This document shows positions 1 through 11,157 of a stretch of DNA of 64,000 nucleotides, piece by piece. The stretch spans positions 65,086 to 129,085 of the forward strand of contig CAVQQV010000038.1 of assembly GCA_963714885.1 (NCBI GenBank). Direction: 5' to 3'. Origin of the DNA: Candidatus Sulfomarinibacteraceae bacterium. GTDB lineage: Bacteria; Acidobacteriota; Thermoanaerobaculia; Thermoanaerobaculales; Sulfomarinibacteraceae. The notes beneath the pieces were generated by a model that ran no database searches, was not told the DNA's origin, and saw only the letters and a program-made list of their open reading frames with translations. The stretch's first letter is position 1. The number at the start of each line of letters is the position of its first letter. Both the position numbers and the translations under genes were made by a program.

Positions 1-298
1 CGCGCCGGTGCTGACCCAGATCGTGTCGATTACCATCCGAGTGCGCCCCGAGATGGAGTGTTGGATTCACTACCGCGACAACAACGGCGCCGCAGGGGGC
101 AAGCTCCTTTCGGGCGGCACCGAAGAGACGATCTCGCTCGCGGGCCCGGTCAAGCTGACGGTCGGGGACGCCGGCGCGGCGAGCCTCGAGATCGCGGGAC
201 GCATCTACGACGATCTCGGCCGGCCGGGACAGGTGGTCCACACCGAGGTCAACTCGGAGGGTCTCGTGGTCCTCGGGCCGAGGCCTCGCGATGGCTGA
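1..298 (+). CDS. RodZ-like protein, C-terminal DUF4115-type domain only (5' end lies outside the window)
   Basis: The frame is open from the window edge to the TGA at 296-298. The tail ITIRVRPEMECWIHYRDNNG...KLTVGDAGAASLEIAGR fits the beta-rich DUF4115 pattern (W..v..dG...l..G....g.p..l.lGnag.v.l..nG) seen at RodZ C-termini. Confidence 0.5.
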   Translation, partial: APVLTQIVSITIRVRPEMECWIHYRDNNGAAGGKLLSGGTEETISLAGPVKLTVGDAGAASLEIAGRIYDDLGRPGQVVHTEVNSEGLVVLGPRPRDG

Positions 299-1370
299 CA
301 ACAGGGCCACGGCCGCGTCCGATCTGATTCGCGGGATTGTCCGCGGCGAGGTGCCGCGGCAGGTCCGCCTGTTCGCCGCCCAGGGCCTGCTTCCGGTTTC
401 GCGCGAAGACCTCTTGAGTCTGCAGACCGTCCTGACCTCCGATCCCGACACCGAGTTGGCGGAGGTGGCGGCGAGTTCACTGCGGGGCGAAGACGTGGAG
501 ACGATCTTGACCTGGCTCCGCGGCAGCCCGCCGGACCCACTCGTCCTCGACCATCTCATTCGTGTCCTCGACGACGAGGCCGTCTGGGCGGCGGTGGCCA
601 GCCACCCAAACGTGTCGGACGAGACCCTGCGGGTGCTCGCCCGCAATGCGACCCATGTCGTGCAGGACATCATCATCACCAACCAGATGCGGCTGTTCAG
701 CTGTCTCGAAATCCTCGACGACCTTCGCGCCAACCCTCAGGCTCACCAGGTGATTCTGCGCAGGGTCCGCGAGTTCGAGGAGGAGTTCATTGAGAAGGTG
801 CTGGCCGAGGAGGAGGAGGCCCTCGAGGCCGCCGGCAGAAGCATCGAAGAGGCCATCGACTCCCTCCACGCCATCGGGGCTCACATCCCCAATGAGGACA
901 CGATGCCCTATCCGGAATCCGAGGACCCGGCCCTGGTCGACGCCATCAAACGGGCGGGGCAGCAGTCCGCCCATTTCCGCCTCCTCAAGATGAGCGTCCA
1001 CCAGAGAATCATCTGCGCTTTGAGAGGAACGAGGGAGGAGCGGGCCATCCTCATCAACAGCCGCAACCGGCTGCTTCAGCGTTCGGTGCTGGCCAGCCCC
1101 AAACTCACCGACCTCGAAGTGGAACGATTCGCCGCCTCGCGCAGCGTTGCCGACGAGGTGATTGCGGGAATCGCCGCCAACCGCCGCTGGATGCGCCTCT
1201 ACCCGATCATCGTCGCGCTCGTCCTCAACCCGAAGACCCCGGTCTACACGGCCGGCAAGATCATTCCTCTGCTGTCGCCGCGGGACAAGATGAAGGTCTC
1301 GCGCGATCGCAATCTCAACCGCGCGACCCGAGAAATGGCGCAGCGGCTGATGAGCACCCGGCGAGAGTAA
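291..1370 (+). CDS. Hypothetical alpha-helical repeat protein (LRV/HEAT-like repeats)
   Basis: A 359-aa ORF whose ATG overlaps the upstream stop. It carries repeated motifs such as ASHPNVSDETLRVLA, LRANPQAHQVIL and LVLNPKTPVYTA. The opposite-strand ORF 477..1478 is an R/G/H/D-rich shadow. Confidence 0.55.
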   Translation: MADNRATAASDLIRGIVRGEVPRQVRLFAAQGLLPVSREDLLSLQTVLTSDPDTELAEVAASSLRGEDVETILTWLRGSPPDPLVLDHLIRVLDDEAVWAAVASHPNVSDETLRVLARNATHVVQDIIITNQMRLFSCLEILDDLRANPQAHQVILRRVREFEEEFIEKVLAEEEEALEAAGRSIEEAIDSLHAIGAHIPNEDTMPYPESEDPALVDAIKRAGQQSAHFRLLKMSVHQRIICALRGTREERAILINSRNRLLQRSVLASPKLTDLEVERFAASRSVADEVIAGIAANRRWMRLYPIIVALVLNPKTPVYTAGKIIPLLSPRDKMKVSRDRNLNRATREMAQRLMSTRRE

Positions 1371-1503
1371 GCGGAGCTTTCGGACGGCTCTTCGGTTCAA
1401 GGTCACCGCGCTTGCAACCTCGATATGCTCTCCTATCTTGGAGCCGTTGCACCACTTCAGGGGACGTGGTACGTTCAAATGGTCACAGACGGAGTGATCG
1501 AGT

Positions 1504-2163
1504 ATGCGTCACAAGTTGACACATTATGACACGCTTGGGATCGAACGCGACGCTACGGACCAGCAGGTCCGAGCGGCGTTTCGAAAGCTCGCGTTGAAGT
1601 ACCACCCGGACAAATTCACGGGTGAGGCACGGGTGACTGCGGAAGAGAAGTTTCAGAGTATTACCGAGGCCTTCAATGTTCTCAGCCATCCCTCGAGCAG
1701 GGACAAGTACGACATCGAGATTTCCAAGGGCACGGATGTCAAAAAAATGGACCCCAGGGAAATCTCCCGTCGTCTCGCGGCAAAGGGCTCCCAGTGTCTG
1801 CGGGAGGGCAGCGCGGCGGAGGCGCTCGAACACCTCAAGAGTGCAATCGATCACGACGACGAAAACTCGCGCGCCCACTATTTTTACGCCTTGACCTTGG
1901 CTCGCGTGCCCAGCAAGGTGCGGGACGCGCTCCGTCACATGGAACGGGCATCTGCGCTCGAGCCCTCCAATGGAGCCATGAAGGCGGAGGCCGCCGGTCT
2001 GGCGCTGGCCGCTGGAATGAAGAGTCGAGCGGCTCGACTGGCCGAAGAGGCTCTGGCCCTCGACCCGACCAGCGCCAAAGCGAGCGAGGTCTTGAGCCAG
2101 GCCGGTAGCGACGAAAACGAAAAAGGTGGCGGCCTGTTTCAACGGCTCAGGCGCCGGGGTTGA
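1504..2163 (+). CDS. J-domain (DnaJ-like) protein with C-terminal TPR repeats
   Basis: The N-terminus HYDTLGIERDATDQQVRAAFRKLALKYHPDKF contains the HPD J-domain signature. The C-terminal half is TPR-like (AHYFYALTLARV..., ALEPSNGAMKAEAA). Confidence 0.85.
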   Translation: MRHKLTHYDTLGIERDATDQQVRAAFRKLALKYHPDKFTGEARVTAEEKFQSITEAFNVLSHPSSRDKYDIEISKGTDVKKMDPREISRRLAAKGSQCLREGSAAEALEHLKSAIDHDDENSRAHYFYALTLARVPSKVRDALRHMERASALEPSNGAMKAEAAGLALAAGMKSRAARLAEEALALDPTSAKASEVLSQAGSDENEKGGGLFQRLRRRG

Positions 2164-2169
2164 TGAACG

Positions 2170-2980
2170 GTGATGGTTGATATCCACAATCGATTCGAGA
2201 TCGAGTCCGGCGGCCGGACCGACGTCGGAATGAAACGCCGGGTCAACGAGGACGTGTTCGTCCTCGATCCGCAGCACGGCGTCTTTCTGGTGGCCGACGG
2301 CATGGGCGGTCACGCGGCGGGAGAGGTCGCGTCCCGGGTCGCCACCGAGGAGATCCTGCAGGCTCTTTCAACCTCCGTCAACGGTGCCGACGAGACCTGG
2401 CCGGAACACTGGGACCCGGCACTCAGCGCTCCGGCGAACTCAGTCGTCGATGCTGTCGTCGCGGGCCACCACCGGGTCACCCAGGAGATGCACAACGACG
2501 CCGACCTCAAGGGCATGGGCACCACGGTCGTCGTTGCGGTCCACCAACGAATCGACGACAAACTGGTCATCTGCCACGTCGGCGACAGCCGCGCCTATCG
2601 GCTGCGGCTCGGCGAGTTGACGCTGATGACCAACGACCACTCGTGGGTCCACGAACAGGTGACTGCAGGTTTTTTGACTGAAGAGGCGGCGCGCAACCAC
2701 CCACTGAAGAACGTAGTTACCCAGGCGCTCGGCGGCAGCAGCGAGCCAAGGGTCGACGTCATCGGAAACCCAACTTCGTGATGGCGATCTCTACCTGTTG
2801 TGTTCGGACGGGCTCAACTCCATGCTGACCGACGACGAGATCGCCGGGCTCCTCGAGGCCAACGGCTCCTTGGACGAATCCTGCGAGCGGTTGATCAATG
2901 CGGCCAACCAGCGCGGGGGCAACGACAACATCAGCGTCGTGCTGCTGCGGTCGCGTCGGGTCGTCCCTCCCGCCTCGTGA
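2170..2980 (+). CDS. PP2C-family Ser/Thr protein phosphatase (one frameshift near 2764 as assembled)
   Basis: ORF 2170..2781 has RTDVGMKRRVNEDVF...VADGMGGHAAGEVAS. ORF 2798..2980, in another frame, supplies the C-terminal motifs DGDLYLLCSDGL...GGNDNISVVLL. Joining them needs a 1-nt shift around ATCGGAAAC. Confidence 0.85.
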
Positions 2981-3091
2981 GTGCGAGATCTTCCGGATTC
3001 TGAGACCGCTCCGGACGCACAGCCTGCATATCTCGCAGAATATTTCGCGGAATGTGGATCAACCGCTGTCGGTTGAGGACCACAGGAGAGC

Positions 3092-4776
3092 ATGATGGGC
3101 GAATTCACACTCGACAGGAACCCCTCCTTCCCCGGGATCGAAGGACAGTTGGTGCTGCTGATTCTCGACGGCGTCGGGCTCTACAAGGGCCGGACCGAGG
3201 GCTACGAAGGCAACGCGGTCGATCTGGCGTCGACGCCCACTCTCGACCGCCTCCTCGCCGAAGCGCCCATCTGTCATGAGGCTCAAGGCCCACGGTACTG
3301 CGGTCGGCCTACCGAGCGATGACGACATGGGGAATTCCGAGGTCGGCCACAACGCCATGGGCGCGGGCCGAGTCTTCGTCCAGGGCGCGCAACTGGTCAA
3401 CCGGGCGATCGCCGACGGGACGATGTTCTCCGGGGCCGGTGTGGAAGGACCTCGTGGCGCGGGTCATCCAGAGGGATTCGACCTTTCATTTGATCGGTCT
3501 TCTGTCCGACGGCTATGTCCACAGCCACATCGATCACGTCGTGACGATGATCCGGCGGCTGGTGGAGGAGGGCGTCAAGAGGATCAGGGTCCACGCTCTG
3601 GCAGACGGACGCGATGTCGACCCGGTCTCCTACCATGTCTACATCGATCGCCTCGAGACCGTCCTCGCCGAGGCGAAGGGCCGCCGGCGTCGACGCGGCG
3701 GTGGCGTCCGGCGGCGGCCGCATGCAGATCACGATGGACCGCTACGAGGCCGATTGGGAGATGGTGCGTCGTGGGTGGATGACCCACGTTGCGGCGACGC
3801 CAGGACGTTTCCCACCGCTGCCGAGGCCTTGCGGACCCTCAGGGCCGAGAAGCCCGGAATCATCGACCAGGATCTGCCGCCCTTCGTGATCGCAGATGCC
3901 GACGGCGCACCCATCGGCCCGATCGAGGACGGCGATTCGGTGGTGTTCTTCAATTACCGCGGCGACCGCGCGATCGAGATCTCGCGGGCATTCACCGACC
4001 CGGACTTTTCGTTTTTCGACCGCGGGCGCGTGCCCGACGTCATGTATGCGGGGATGATGGAGTACGACGGGGACCTCAAAATACCCCCGCTTTACCTGGT
4101 GACGCCGCCGGCGATTTCGCACACGGTTTCCGAGTACCTGGTTCACAACGGCGTGAGCCAGTTGGCAACGGCGGAGACCCAGAAATTCGGCCACGTGACG
4201 TACTTCTGGAACGGCAACAACTCCGAGAAATTCGACGCGGTCCTGGAGGATTGGGTGGAAGTGCCGAGCAGCAATGAGCCGTTCGAACAACAACCGCAGA
4301 TGAAGGCCCGCGAGGTCTGTGAGGTGGTGGTTCGGGACCTCGAAAAAAGGGGTCACCGTTTCATCAGGGCCAACTTCGCGAACGGCGACATGGTTGGTCA
4401 CACCGGGTCACTGGCGTCGGCTGTGGCTGCGGTCGAGGTGGTCGACGAGTGTGTCGGAAGGATCGAGCGGGCGGTTGCCGAGGCCGGAGCGACACTCATC
4501 GTCACCGCCGACCACGGAAACTCGGACATGATGTGGGAGGTCGACAAAAAGACCGGCAAAGTCAAGCGCGACGCCGAGGGGCGGCCGATGATCAAAACCA
4601 GCCATACCCTGTCACCGGTTCCCCTGTGCGTGGTCGGCGCCGGAATCGACGGACTCATCGCCAACCCGGCGGTCGCCCAACCGGGTCTCGGAAACATCGC
4701 CGCAACCCTTTTGTTTCTCCTGGGGTTCGATCCTCCGCCGGACTACCTGCCGGCGCTGGTGGTCGGCGGGAAGTAG
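3092..4776 (+). pseudogene. gpmI: 2,3-bisphosphoglycerate-independent phosphoglycerate mutase, broken by about 4 frameshifts as assembled
   Basis: Homologous segments lie in three frames. They are LILDGVGL...STPTLDRL (3092 frame), KAHGTAVGLPSDDDMGNSEVGHNAMGAGR (3276 frame), FHLIGLLSDGYVHSH...ALADGRDV (3319 frame) and [18 protein letters not shown] (3614 frame). The 3319 frame then resumes to the end (FFNYRGDRAIE...TADHGNSD...). Shifts are near 3270, 3430, 3678 and 3790. Confidence 0.85.
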
Positions 4777-4808
4777 ATTTCGACTCGAATCCGGGTTAAA
4801 GTCGCAAA

Positions 4809-5765
4809 ATGGCATCACCCACGCCCCCGTTCCTCGAGCCCATCGAAGAGGTTCGATCCCGCGTATTGGAGTTGGAATCCGCCGGGACCTCCGGCCACGG
4901 GACCGAAGCCGACCTGCTGGCCGCCAAAAAAGAGCTTGACGCGGTGGTCAGACGAGTCTTCTCCCAGCTGACCCCGTGGCAGCAGTGCCAACTTGCGCGC
5001 CACCCCGACCGGCCGCACACGATGGCCTACACCCACAGTATCTTCACCGATTTCACCGAGCTTCATGGCGACCGCAGGTATGCAGATGACCCGGCGATCG
5101 TGGCTGGACTCGCGCGCTTCGAGGGAGACCCGGTGGTTGTGGTGGGGCACCAGAAGGGGAGGGACACGGCCGAGAAGCTCCGCCGGAATTTTGGCATGCC
5201 TCGACCCGAAGGCTACCGCAAGGCAATACGAATCATGAGCCTCGGCGCCCGCTTCAGGCGCCCGATCATCTCGTTCATCGACACCCCGGGTGCTTATCCC
5301 GGCATCGATGCGGAGGAGCGCGGACAGGCTGAAGCCATCGCCCACAACCTGATCGAGATGGCCGCCTTGTCGGTGCCGATCATCGTCGTGGTCACCGGCG
5401 AGGGCGGATCCGGCGGCGCGCTCGCGCTCGGCATCGGTGATCGCGTCCTGATGCTCGAGCACGCGATCTACTCGGTGATCTCTCCGGAAGGCTGCGCAGC
5501 CATCTTGTGGAAGGACCAGGCGCGGGCCGCCGATGCTGCTGCCGCCCTTCGCCTCACCGCCAAGGATCTCAAGGGCTTCAACGTCATCGACGAGATCATC
5601 CCGGAACCGATCGGCGGCGCCCACATGGATCCGGTGTTGATGGCCGACACCATCTCGACCGCGATCCGACGCAACCTCAAGGGATTGCGGAAACTCAAAC
5701 CCGAGGCCCTGGTGGCCCGGCGCCTCAAGAAGTTCCAGGCGATGGGCATCTTCAGCGACCGCTGA
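4809..5765 (+). CDS. accA: Acetyl-CoA carboxylase carboxyltransferase subunit alpha
   Basis: An intact 318-aa ORF with ARHPDRPHT, GHQKGRDTAEKLRRNFGMP.PEGYRKA, FIDTPGAYPGIDAEERGQAEAIA and GEGGSGGALA. Confidence 0.92.
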   Translation: MASPTPPFLEPIEEVRSRVLELESAGTSGHGTEADLLAAKKELDAVVRRVFSQLTPWQQCQLARHPDRPHTMAYTHSIFTDFTELHGDRRYADDPAIVAGLARFEGDPVVVVGHQKGRDTAEKLRRNFGMPRPEGYRKAIRIMSLGARFRRPIISFIDTPGAYPGIDAEERGQAEAIAHNLIEMAALSVPIIVVVTGEGGSGGALALGIGDRVLMLEHAIYSVISPEGCAAILWKDQARAADAAAALRLTAKDLKGFNVIDEIIPEPIGGAHMDPVLMADTISTAIRRNLKGLRKLKPEALVARRLKKFQAMGIFSDR

Positions 5766-5832
5766 AAAAAGGGCCGATGGACGTATCACACCCTCGCCCG
5801 GCCACTCGTCGGTTGTCGACCGGGGGCCCCCG

Positions 5833-7782
5833 ATGAGCGTGGGTTCCCGCCGGTGGATACGCCGGTTTTCGGCCCTGGCCATTGTTGCGGTACTGCTGGT
5901 CCTCGGTGGGCTGGTCGTCCAGCGTATCGAGCGGTTTCACCCACCCGTGCCGTCGCTGGACGACGACGCCGTTTCCGGCGGCAGCGCCGATCGGGCGGTT
6001 GGTGTCTACAGGGGCTTCGAGTTTGTCGAACGCGTGGCCGGAAAGAAGATCTTCGAACTCCTGTCGAAGCGGACCCTCGGACTGTCATCCGGTTGGCACG
6101 AAATCGAAGGGGTGCGGTTGCAGTTCTTCCGCGAAGGGGAGACCGGCCCGGTTCTGACCTGCGACGGCGCCCGTTTCAACATTCAGACGCGAGACGCGGA
6201 ACTCGGCGGAAGCATCCGGATCGATTTCCCGAGCGGCGCGAGCCTCACCACCGACGCCGGAAGCTTCGAAGCGAGTTCACGGCGGTTCACGGCCACCGCC
6301 GAAGTGTTGTTCGTGTCCGGGACGACCTTCGGGCGGGCGGATTCGGCAGCCTACGACCTGGAGCACGACGAAATCGTGCTCGAAAACGGTCTGACTCTGC
6401 GGACCGCGACCGGAGCCACGTTGTCGGCACCCAGCGCGATCTACAGCCGCGGCGAAGGCGTCATGTCCTTCCCATTGGGGGGACGGATGACGATGGGCCA
6501 ATCGGAGCTCGAGGCGCCCCTCATGCGGGTTGACCTCGAGCCCGACGACGGTCCGCCGCAACGGATCGAGCTCGATGGGGGAGTGACCGCTCGCTCCACC
6601 GCGCCCAACGGCGATGGTCTGGTCGTGGCCCGGATGGAGAAGATCGTTGCCGTGCGCGACGGTACGGGGCGTTGGCAGGTGGACGCAACCACCCATGGAC
6701 CGTGGGTCGATGTCCGATTCATCGGCGGCGAGGGGTACTACGAACGCGAACTCAAGGCGTGGGTGCTGCGCGGCGTCGTCGGCGACGAGGGCCTGATCAA
6801 CCTTCGCGCCGAAAACCGGGTCTGCATCAGGGAGGTTCCGACGGAGGGTCCGGTTCGGCTTGGGGAGGCGGAGGAGGCCCGGGTGTGGTTCTCCGAAGGC
6901 CAGGCCACCGACGTGGAGATGCTGAGAAACGTCGTGATCCAGGGAGAGGGCGTCCAGGGGAGGGGCTATCGGGCCCGCCTGTCCCCACAGGCGGGGCTGC
7001 TGATGCTCCACGGAGACCCGGCGGGGCCTGGACGCGTGCTGCTGCTCTCCGAACGCGGGCGCCTGAGCTGCGACCAGGCGCAGCTTTACAACAACGAAGG
7101 GCGATCCGAAGCCCGCGGCAACGTGCAAGGCCAGATCTTCAACGTGTCGTTGATCGGAAGATCAGCGGCGGACGCATCTCAACCCACCCATTTTGCGTCA
7201 GAGATCCTCGACGTGACCGACAAGGGGGGCATCTACCACCTGCGCGAGAACACCCGGTTGTGGCAGGGTCACCGCCTCTTGTTGGCGGATGACGTGGTGT
7301 ACCACCAGGATGCGGCGACGGTACGGGCGACCGGACATGTGCGGACCACCTTTCCGGCTTCGCAGTTGAACCTCGAGGGCGACGAGGGAGAGGACGTGGT
7401 GGTCGTGGCGAGATCGCTTGATTTCGACGACAACGAGGGCACCGCAATTTATCGCGGCAATGTTCGGTATTCGGATCCGGGTCACACGCTGGCGGCGGCG
7501 GAGTTGAGTGTGTTCTTCGACGATGCCAACCAGGTCACATCGGTTGAGGCCGTGGGATCGGTCGAGCTGGTGATCGTGGAAAGTGGCCGGCGTATGACGG
7601 GGCAGTTCGCGCGCCGGGAGGTCAAGACCCAACTGGTCACCATCACCGGGTCGCCCGTCCGGCTGACCGATCCCGGCGGAAATGAGGTCTCCGGGTCTTC
7701 GTTGACCTGGAATCAGGCCGATGGTACGGTCTCGGTCGCCGGAGGAACCGAAACCATCTACTACCCTGAGGAGACACCCTGA
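5833..7782 (+). CDS. Membrane-anchored OstA/LptA-like protein occupying the lptC-lptA position (possible LptC-LptA fusion)
   Basis: A 649-aa ORF with an N-terminal TM helix ([18 protein letters not shown]) followed by long beta-rich repeats. These repeats have the LptC/LptA flavour (..A..a.yd...d.i.L.g.V.l...g..l.a....y). It lies immediately upstream of lptB-rpoN. Confidence 0.5.
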   Translation: MSVGSRRWIRRFSALAIVAVLLVLGGLVVQRIERFHPPVPSLDDDAVSGGSADRAVGVYRGFEFVERVAGKKIFELLSKRTLGLSSGWHEIEGVRLQFFREGETGPVLTCDGARFNIQTRDAELGGSIRIDFPSGASLTTDAGSFEASSRRFTATAEVLFVSGTTFGRADSAAYDLEHDEIVLENGLTLRTATGATLSAPSAIYSRGEGVMSFPLGGRMTMGQSELEAPLMRVDLEPDDGPPQRIELDGGVTARSTAPNGDGLVVARMEKIVAVRDGTGRWQVDATTHGPWVDVRFIGGEGYYERELKAWVLRGVVGDEGLINLRAENRVCIREVPTEGPVRLGEAEEARVWFSEGQATDVEMLRNVVIQGEGVQGRGYRARLSPQAGLLMLHGDPAGPGRVLLLSERGRLSCDQAQLYNNEGRSEARGNVQGQIFNVSLIGRSAADASQPTHFASEILDVTDKGGIYHLRENTRLWQGHRLLLADDVVYHQDAATVRATGHVRTTFPASQLNLEGDEGEDVVVVARSLDFDDNEGTAIYRGNVRYSDPGHTLAAAELSVFFDDANQVTSVEAVGSVELVIVESGRRMTGQFARREVKTQLVTITGSPVRLTDPGGNEVSGSSLTWNQADGTVSVAGGTETIYYPEETP

Positions 7783-8513
7783 GTCCGAAAGCCCTCGATC
7801 TGGCCGCACACGGTCTGCGGAAGGCATACCGCGGAAGGTGGGTGGTTGACGGTATCACCCTCGATATCGCCCCCGGCGAGATCGTCGGTCTCCTGGGACC
7901 GAACGGCGCCGGCAAGACCACGACCTTCTACATGATGGTGGGTCTGGTGCAGCCCAACGAGGGCCGGGTCATCCTCGGTGACCGCGACATCACATCCGAA
8001 CCGATGTATCGTCGCGCACGGATGGGAGTGGCCTACCTCGCACAGGAGCCCAGCTCCTTCAGACACCTCTCGGTCGAGGACAATATCTGGCTCATCCTGG
8101 AGGCCCTCGGCGTCGATGCCAGGGACGCCCACCGCAGGATCGATGGGCTGCTCGAGGATTTCGGGCTTTCCGATCTGAGGAATCAGCGGGCGGAGACTCT
8201 GTCCGGCGGTGAGCGGCGACGTCTCGAGGTGGCGCGAGCGCTGGCCACCAAACCGACATTCATTCTTCTCGATGAGCCCTTCGCCGGCATCGACCCGCTG
8301 GCGGTGCTCGATCTCCAACGCATCATCAAACGTCTTAAATCTCTGGGAATAGGCGTTTTAATTACTGACCACAACGTTCGTGAAACATTGAAGATCACCG
8401 ACCGCGCCTATATAATCAAAGACGGCAAGATTTTTGCTACGGGAGACCCCGTTGATCTGTCAGAAAACCGGGACGTCCGTCGAATCTACCTCGGCGAGGA
8501 ATTCAGGCTCTGA
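7779..8513 (+). CDS. lptB: LPS export ABC transporter ATP-binding protein LptB
   Basis: It has Walker [14 protein letters not shown], signature [15 protein letters not shown] and Walker [13 protein letters not shown]. The conserved N-terminal strand ([18 protein letters not shown]) lies upstream of the first GTG (7842). In that frame the only start-like codon after the stop at 7767 is CTG 7779. Confidence 0.85.
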   Translation: MSPKALDLAAHGLRKAYRGRWVVDGITLDIAPGEIVGLLGPNGAGKTTTFYMMVGLVQPNEGRVILGDRDITSEPMYRRARMGVAYLAQEPSSFRHLSVEDNIWLILEALGVDARDAHRRIDGLLEDFGLSDLRNQRAETLSGGERRRLEVARALATKPTFILLDEPFAGIDPLAVLDLQRIIKRLKSLGIGVLITDHNVRETLKITDRAYIIKDGKIFATGDPVDLSENRDVRRIYLGEEFRL

Positions 8514-8597
8514 CCCGGCACGAGGCTGACGGGTCACGCCGCGACCTGCCCCCGAGAGTGGATACGACGCCGCCTCGCGAAGAGGTTATTTCACTCA

Positions 8598-10128
8598 ATG
8601 GCCCTGGAACAGAAACTTCGGTTGAAGCTGGCGCAACGGCTGGTGATGACTCCGTCACTGCAGCAGGCGATCAAGCTGCTGCAGCTGTCACGTCTGGAGC
8701 TCGAAGAAACCCTCGCCCAGGAGATTCTCGAGAACCCGATGCTCGAGGTCGAGGAATCACAGGACGATGTGCCCGACAACAGCGGCGACGAGCCGACTCG
8801 ACGAGACCGAACGGTCAACATCGGAGGAGACTGCGGCCGCCGAAGAGAGCGCGGAAGTGCTGGACATCCAGAGCGACGACCCGCTGCCCACGGAAGAAGA
8901 GTCCTACGGCGACATCGACCTCGAGGCGTTCTTTTCTGACTATCTCGGCGACGGACGCAACGAGGGCCCGTCGATGTCGGCGCCGTCACTGGAAAACGAC
9001 AACCGCATGGAGAACATCGTCTCGGCCGGCGCAGGGCTGTACGATCACCTGCTCTGGCAGCTCCACATGCTCGACTGCACTCCCGACGTGTTCGAGGTCT
9101 GCGACTTCATCGTCGGCAATCTCGACGAGGACGGCTTCCTCCGGGCGACCCGCGAGGAGATCCGCCTCGGAACCGGCTGCAGCGACGAGGTTGTCACGAG
9201 GGCCCTGGGAGTCGTCAGGTCTCTGGACCCACCCGGGATCGCCACGACCACGTTGCAGGAGTGTCTGGGCGTTCAGGTCGAACACCTTCTGCGCGAAAGT
9301 CTCGACAACTCAGATGTGTCGCTCCTCAACCAGGCCCACTGTGTGATCACCGAGCATTGGGACAATCTTCTCCACCAGCGGTGGGAGGTGCTGGCAAAGG
9401 CCCTGGGTTGTTCGGAGGTTGGGGAGATCAAACCGATCCTGGATGTCATCCAGGGGCTGGAGCCGAAACCGGGACGGAGGTATCGGCAGAGCGACAACCA
9501 GTACATCGAGCCCGACGTGTACGTGCGCAAGATCGACGACGAGTACGTCATCACGCTGAACGACGACGGGCTGCCGCGGCTCCGGATCAACACCCGCTAC
9601 CAGTCCATGCTGAGAGCGAGAAACCTCGATCCGCAGGCCAACGAGTACCTGCGCGACAAAATGCGATCCGCCCTGTGGCTGATGAAGAGCATCGATCAGC
9701 GGCAGCGCACCATCTACAAGGTGGCGCGGAGCATCGTCAGCTTCCAGGACGGGTTCCTCGATCACGGCATCGAACACCTGCGACCGATGGTCCTCCGTCA
9801 GGTGGCCGAAGACATCGGGATGCACGAGTCGACGATATCCCGCGTGGTGAGCAACAAGTACATGTACACGCCGCGGGGTCTTTTCCCGATGAAGTACTTC
9901 TTTCACTCGGGCGTCGACTCGGCGCGCGGTGAAAACGTGTCATCCATGGTCGTCAAGGAACGGATCCGAAAAGTGGTGGAGGCGGAGGACCCGGAACGGC
10001 CGCTGTCCGATTCGAAAATCATGCGAATGCTGCAGAAAGAAGGGATACGATTGGCGCGCCGGACGGTCGCCAAGTATCGCGAAGAGATGATGATCCCGTC
10101 GTCCGACAAGCGAAAGAAAGTGTTTTAG
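8598..10128 (+). CDS. rpoN: RNA polymerase sigma-54 factor (one frameshift near 8795 as assembled)
   Basis: The N-terminus MALEQKLRLKLAQRLVMTPSLQQAIKLLQLSRLEL is region I. ORF 8767..10128 carries the core-binding region, HTH and the RpoN box (ARRTVAKYRE). Confidence 0.92.
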
Positions 10129-10141
10129 CACCAGGGAGTTC

Positions 10142-10693
10142 ATGATGAAAATCGACTATATCGCCCGCAAGGTGGATCTCACCGAACAATCGCGCCAACT
10201 CGCCGAAAAGAAGCTGGCAAAGATCACGAAGTACTTCAACGACATTCTCGATGTCAGGCTCGAGGTCGAGCTCGAGCGCCACCTGCACGTGGTCGACCTG
10301 TCGATCAAGGGCAAGGATTTCGACGTCCAGGCGACGGCGCAGAACAAGGACCTGACGACCGCGATCCAGGACGCGGTGGACAAGATCGAGATCCAGGCCC
10401 GGCGGGCCAAGGCGCGGCTCAAGGACCACAAGAAGCGCGCCGGCTCCGAAGCCAAGATCGACACCGGATGGGCGGTCGACGTGATCGAGCGTGATTCGAT
10501 GAAGTCCGGGCAACCGAGAATCGTCGAACGAAGCTCCATTCCGATCAAACCCATGGCGATCGAGGAGGCGGTCCTGCAGCTGGACGATTCTCCATACGAC
10601 TTCCTGGTTTTTCGCAACGCCTCCACGGACAAGGTCAATGTGTTGTACCGTCGCGATGACAAAAACCTGGGATTGATCACCCCCGAGCTCTGA
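10142..10693 (+). CDS. hpf: Ribosome hibernation-promoting factor (long HPF)
   Basis: A 183-aa ORF downstream of rpoN. It has an S30AE-type N-domain (LEVELERHLHVVDLSIKGKDF) and the long-HPF C-domain (IVERSSIPIKPMAIEEAVLQLD...FLVFRN). Confidence 0.88.
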   Translation: MMKIDYIARKVDLTEQSRQLAEKKLAKITKYFNDILDVRLEVELERHLHVVDLSIKGKDFDVQATAQNKDLTTAIQDAVDKIEIQARRAKARLKDHKKRAGSEAKIDTGWAVDVIERDSMKSGQPRIVERSSIPIKPMAIEEAVLQLDDSPYDFLVFRNASTDKVNVLYRRDDKNLGLITPEL

Positions 10694-11157
10694 TGAAGAT
10701 CCACAAACTGATTGAACCGGAGTACGTCTTCCTCGACCTTGAAGCGGATGACGTGTCATCCGCCCTGACCGCGGTCGCCGGTGCGGTTGCGCCGGGCCTC
10801 GGTCTCGACGAGACGGAGGTGGTGAACGCCCTTCTCGAACGGGAGGCTCTCGGATCCACCTCGGTGGGCGATGGTTTTGCCATCCCTCACTGCAAGATTC
10901 AGGGGCTGAATCGAATCGCCATCGCCCTCGCCCGTCTGACGACCAGCGTCGGATTCGGTCCGGACGCCGACCAACCGGTGTCCTTTCTCTTCGTGGTTCT
11001 GTCGCCTCCCGACCAGCCGGCTGCCCACCTCCAGGTGCTGTCACAGATCGCGCGGGTCTTGAAACGGAGCGACCTGCGCACCGAGTTGCTGGTCGCCGAA
11101 GACCGGAGCGCGGTCGCCGACGCCATCTGCAGGACCGCCAACTCGGAGGGACTGTGA
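10693..11157 (+). CDS. ptsN: PTS EIIA-Ntr nitrogen-regulatory protein
   Basis: A 154-aa ORF in the conserved position. The phosphorylatable-His motif is GDGFAIPHCKI. Confidence 0.85.
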   Translation: MKIHKLIEPEYVFLDLEADDVSSALTAVAGAVAPGLGLDETEVVNALLEREALGSTSVGDGFAIPHCKIQGLNRIAIALARLTTSVGFGPDADQPVSFLFVVLSPPDQPAAHLQVLSQIARVLKRSDLRTELLVAEDRSAVADAICRTANSEGL

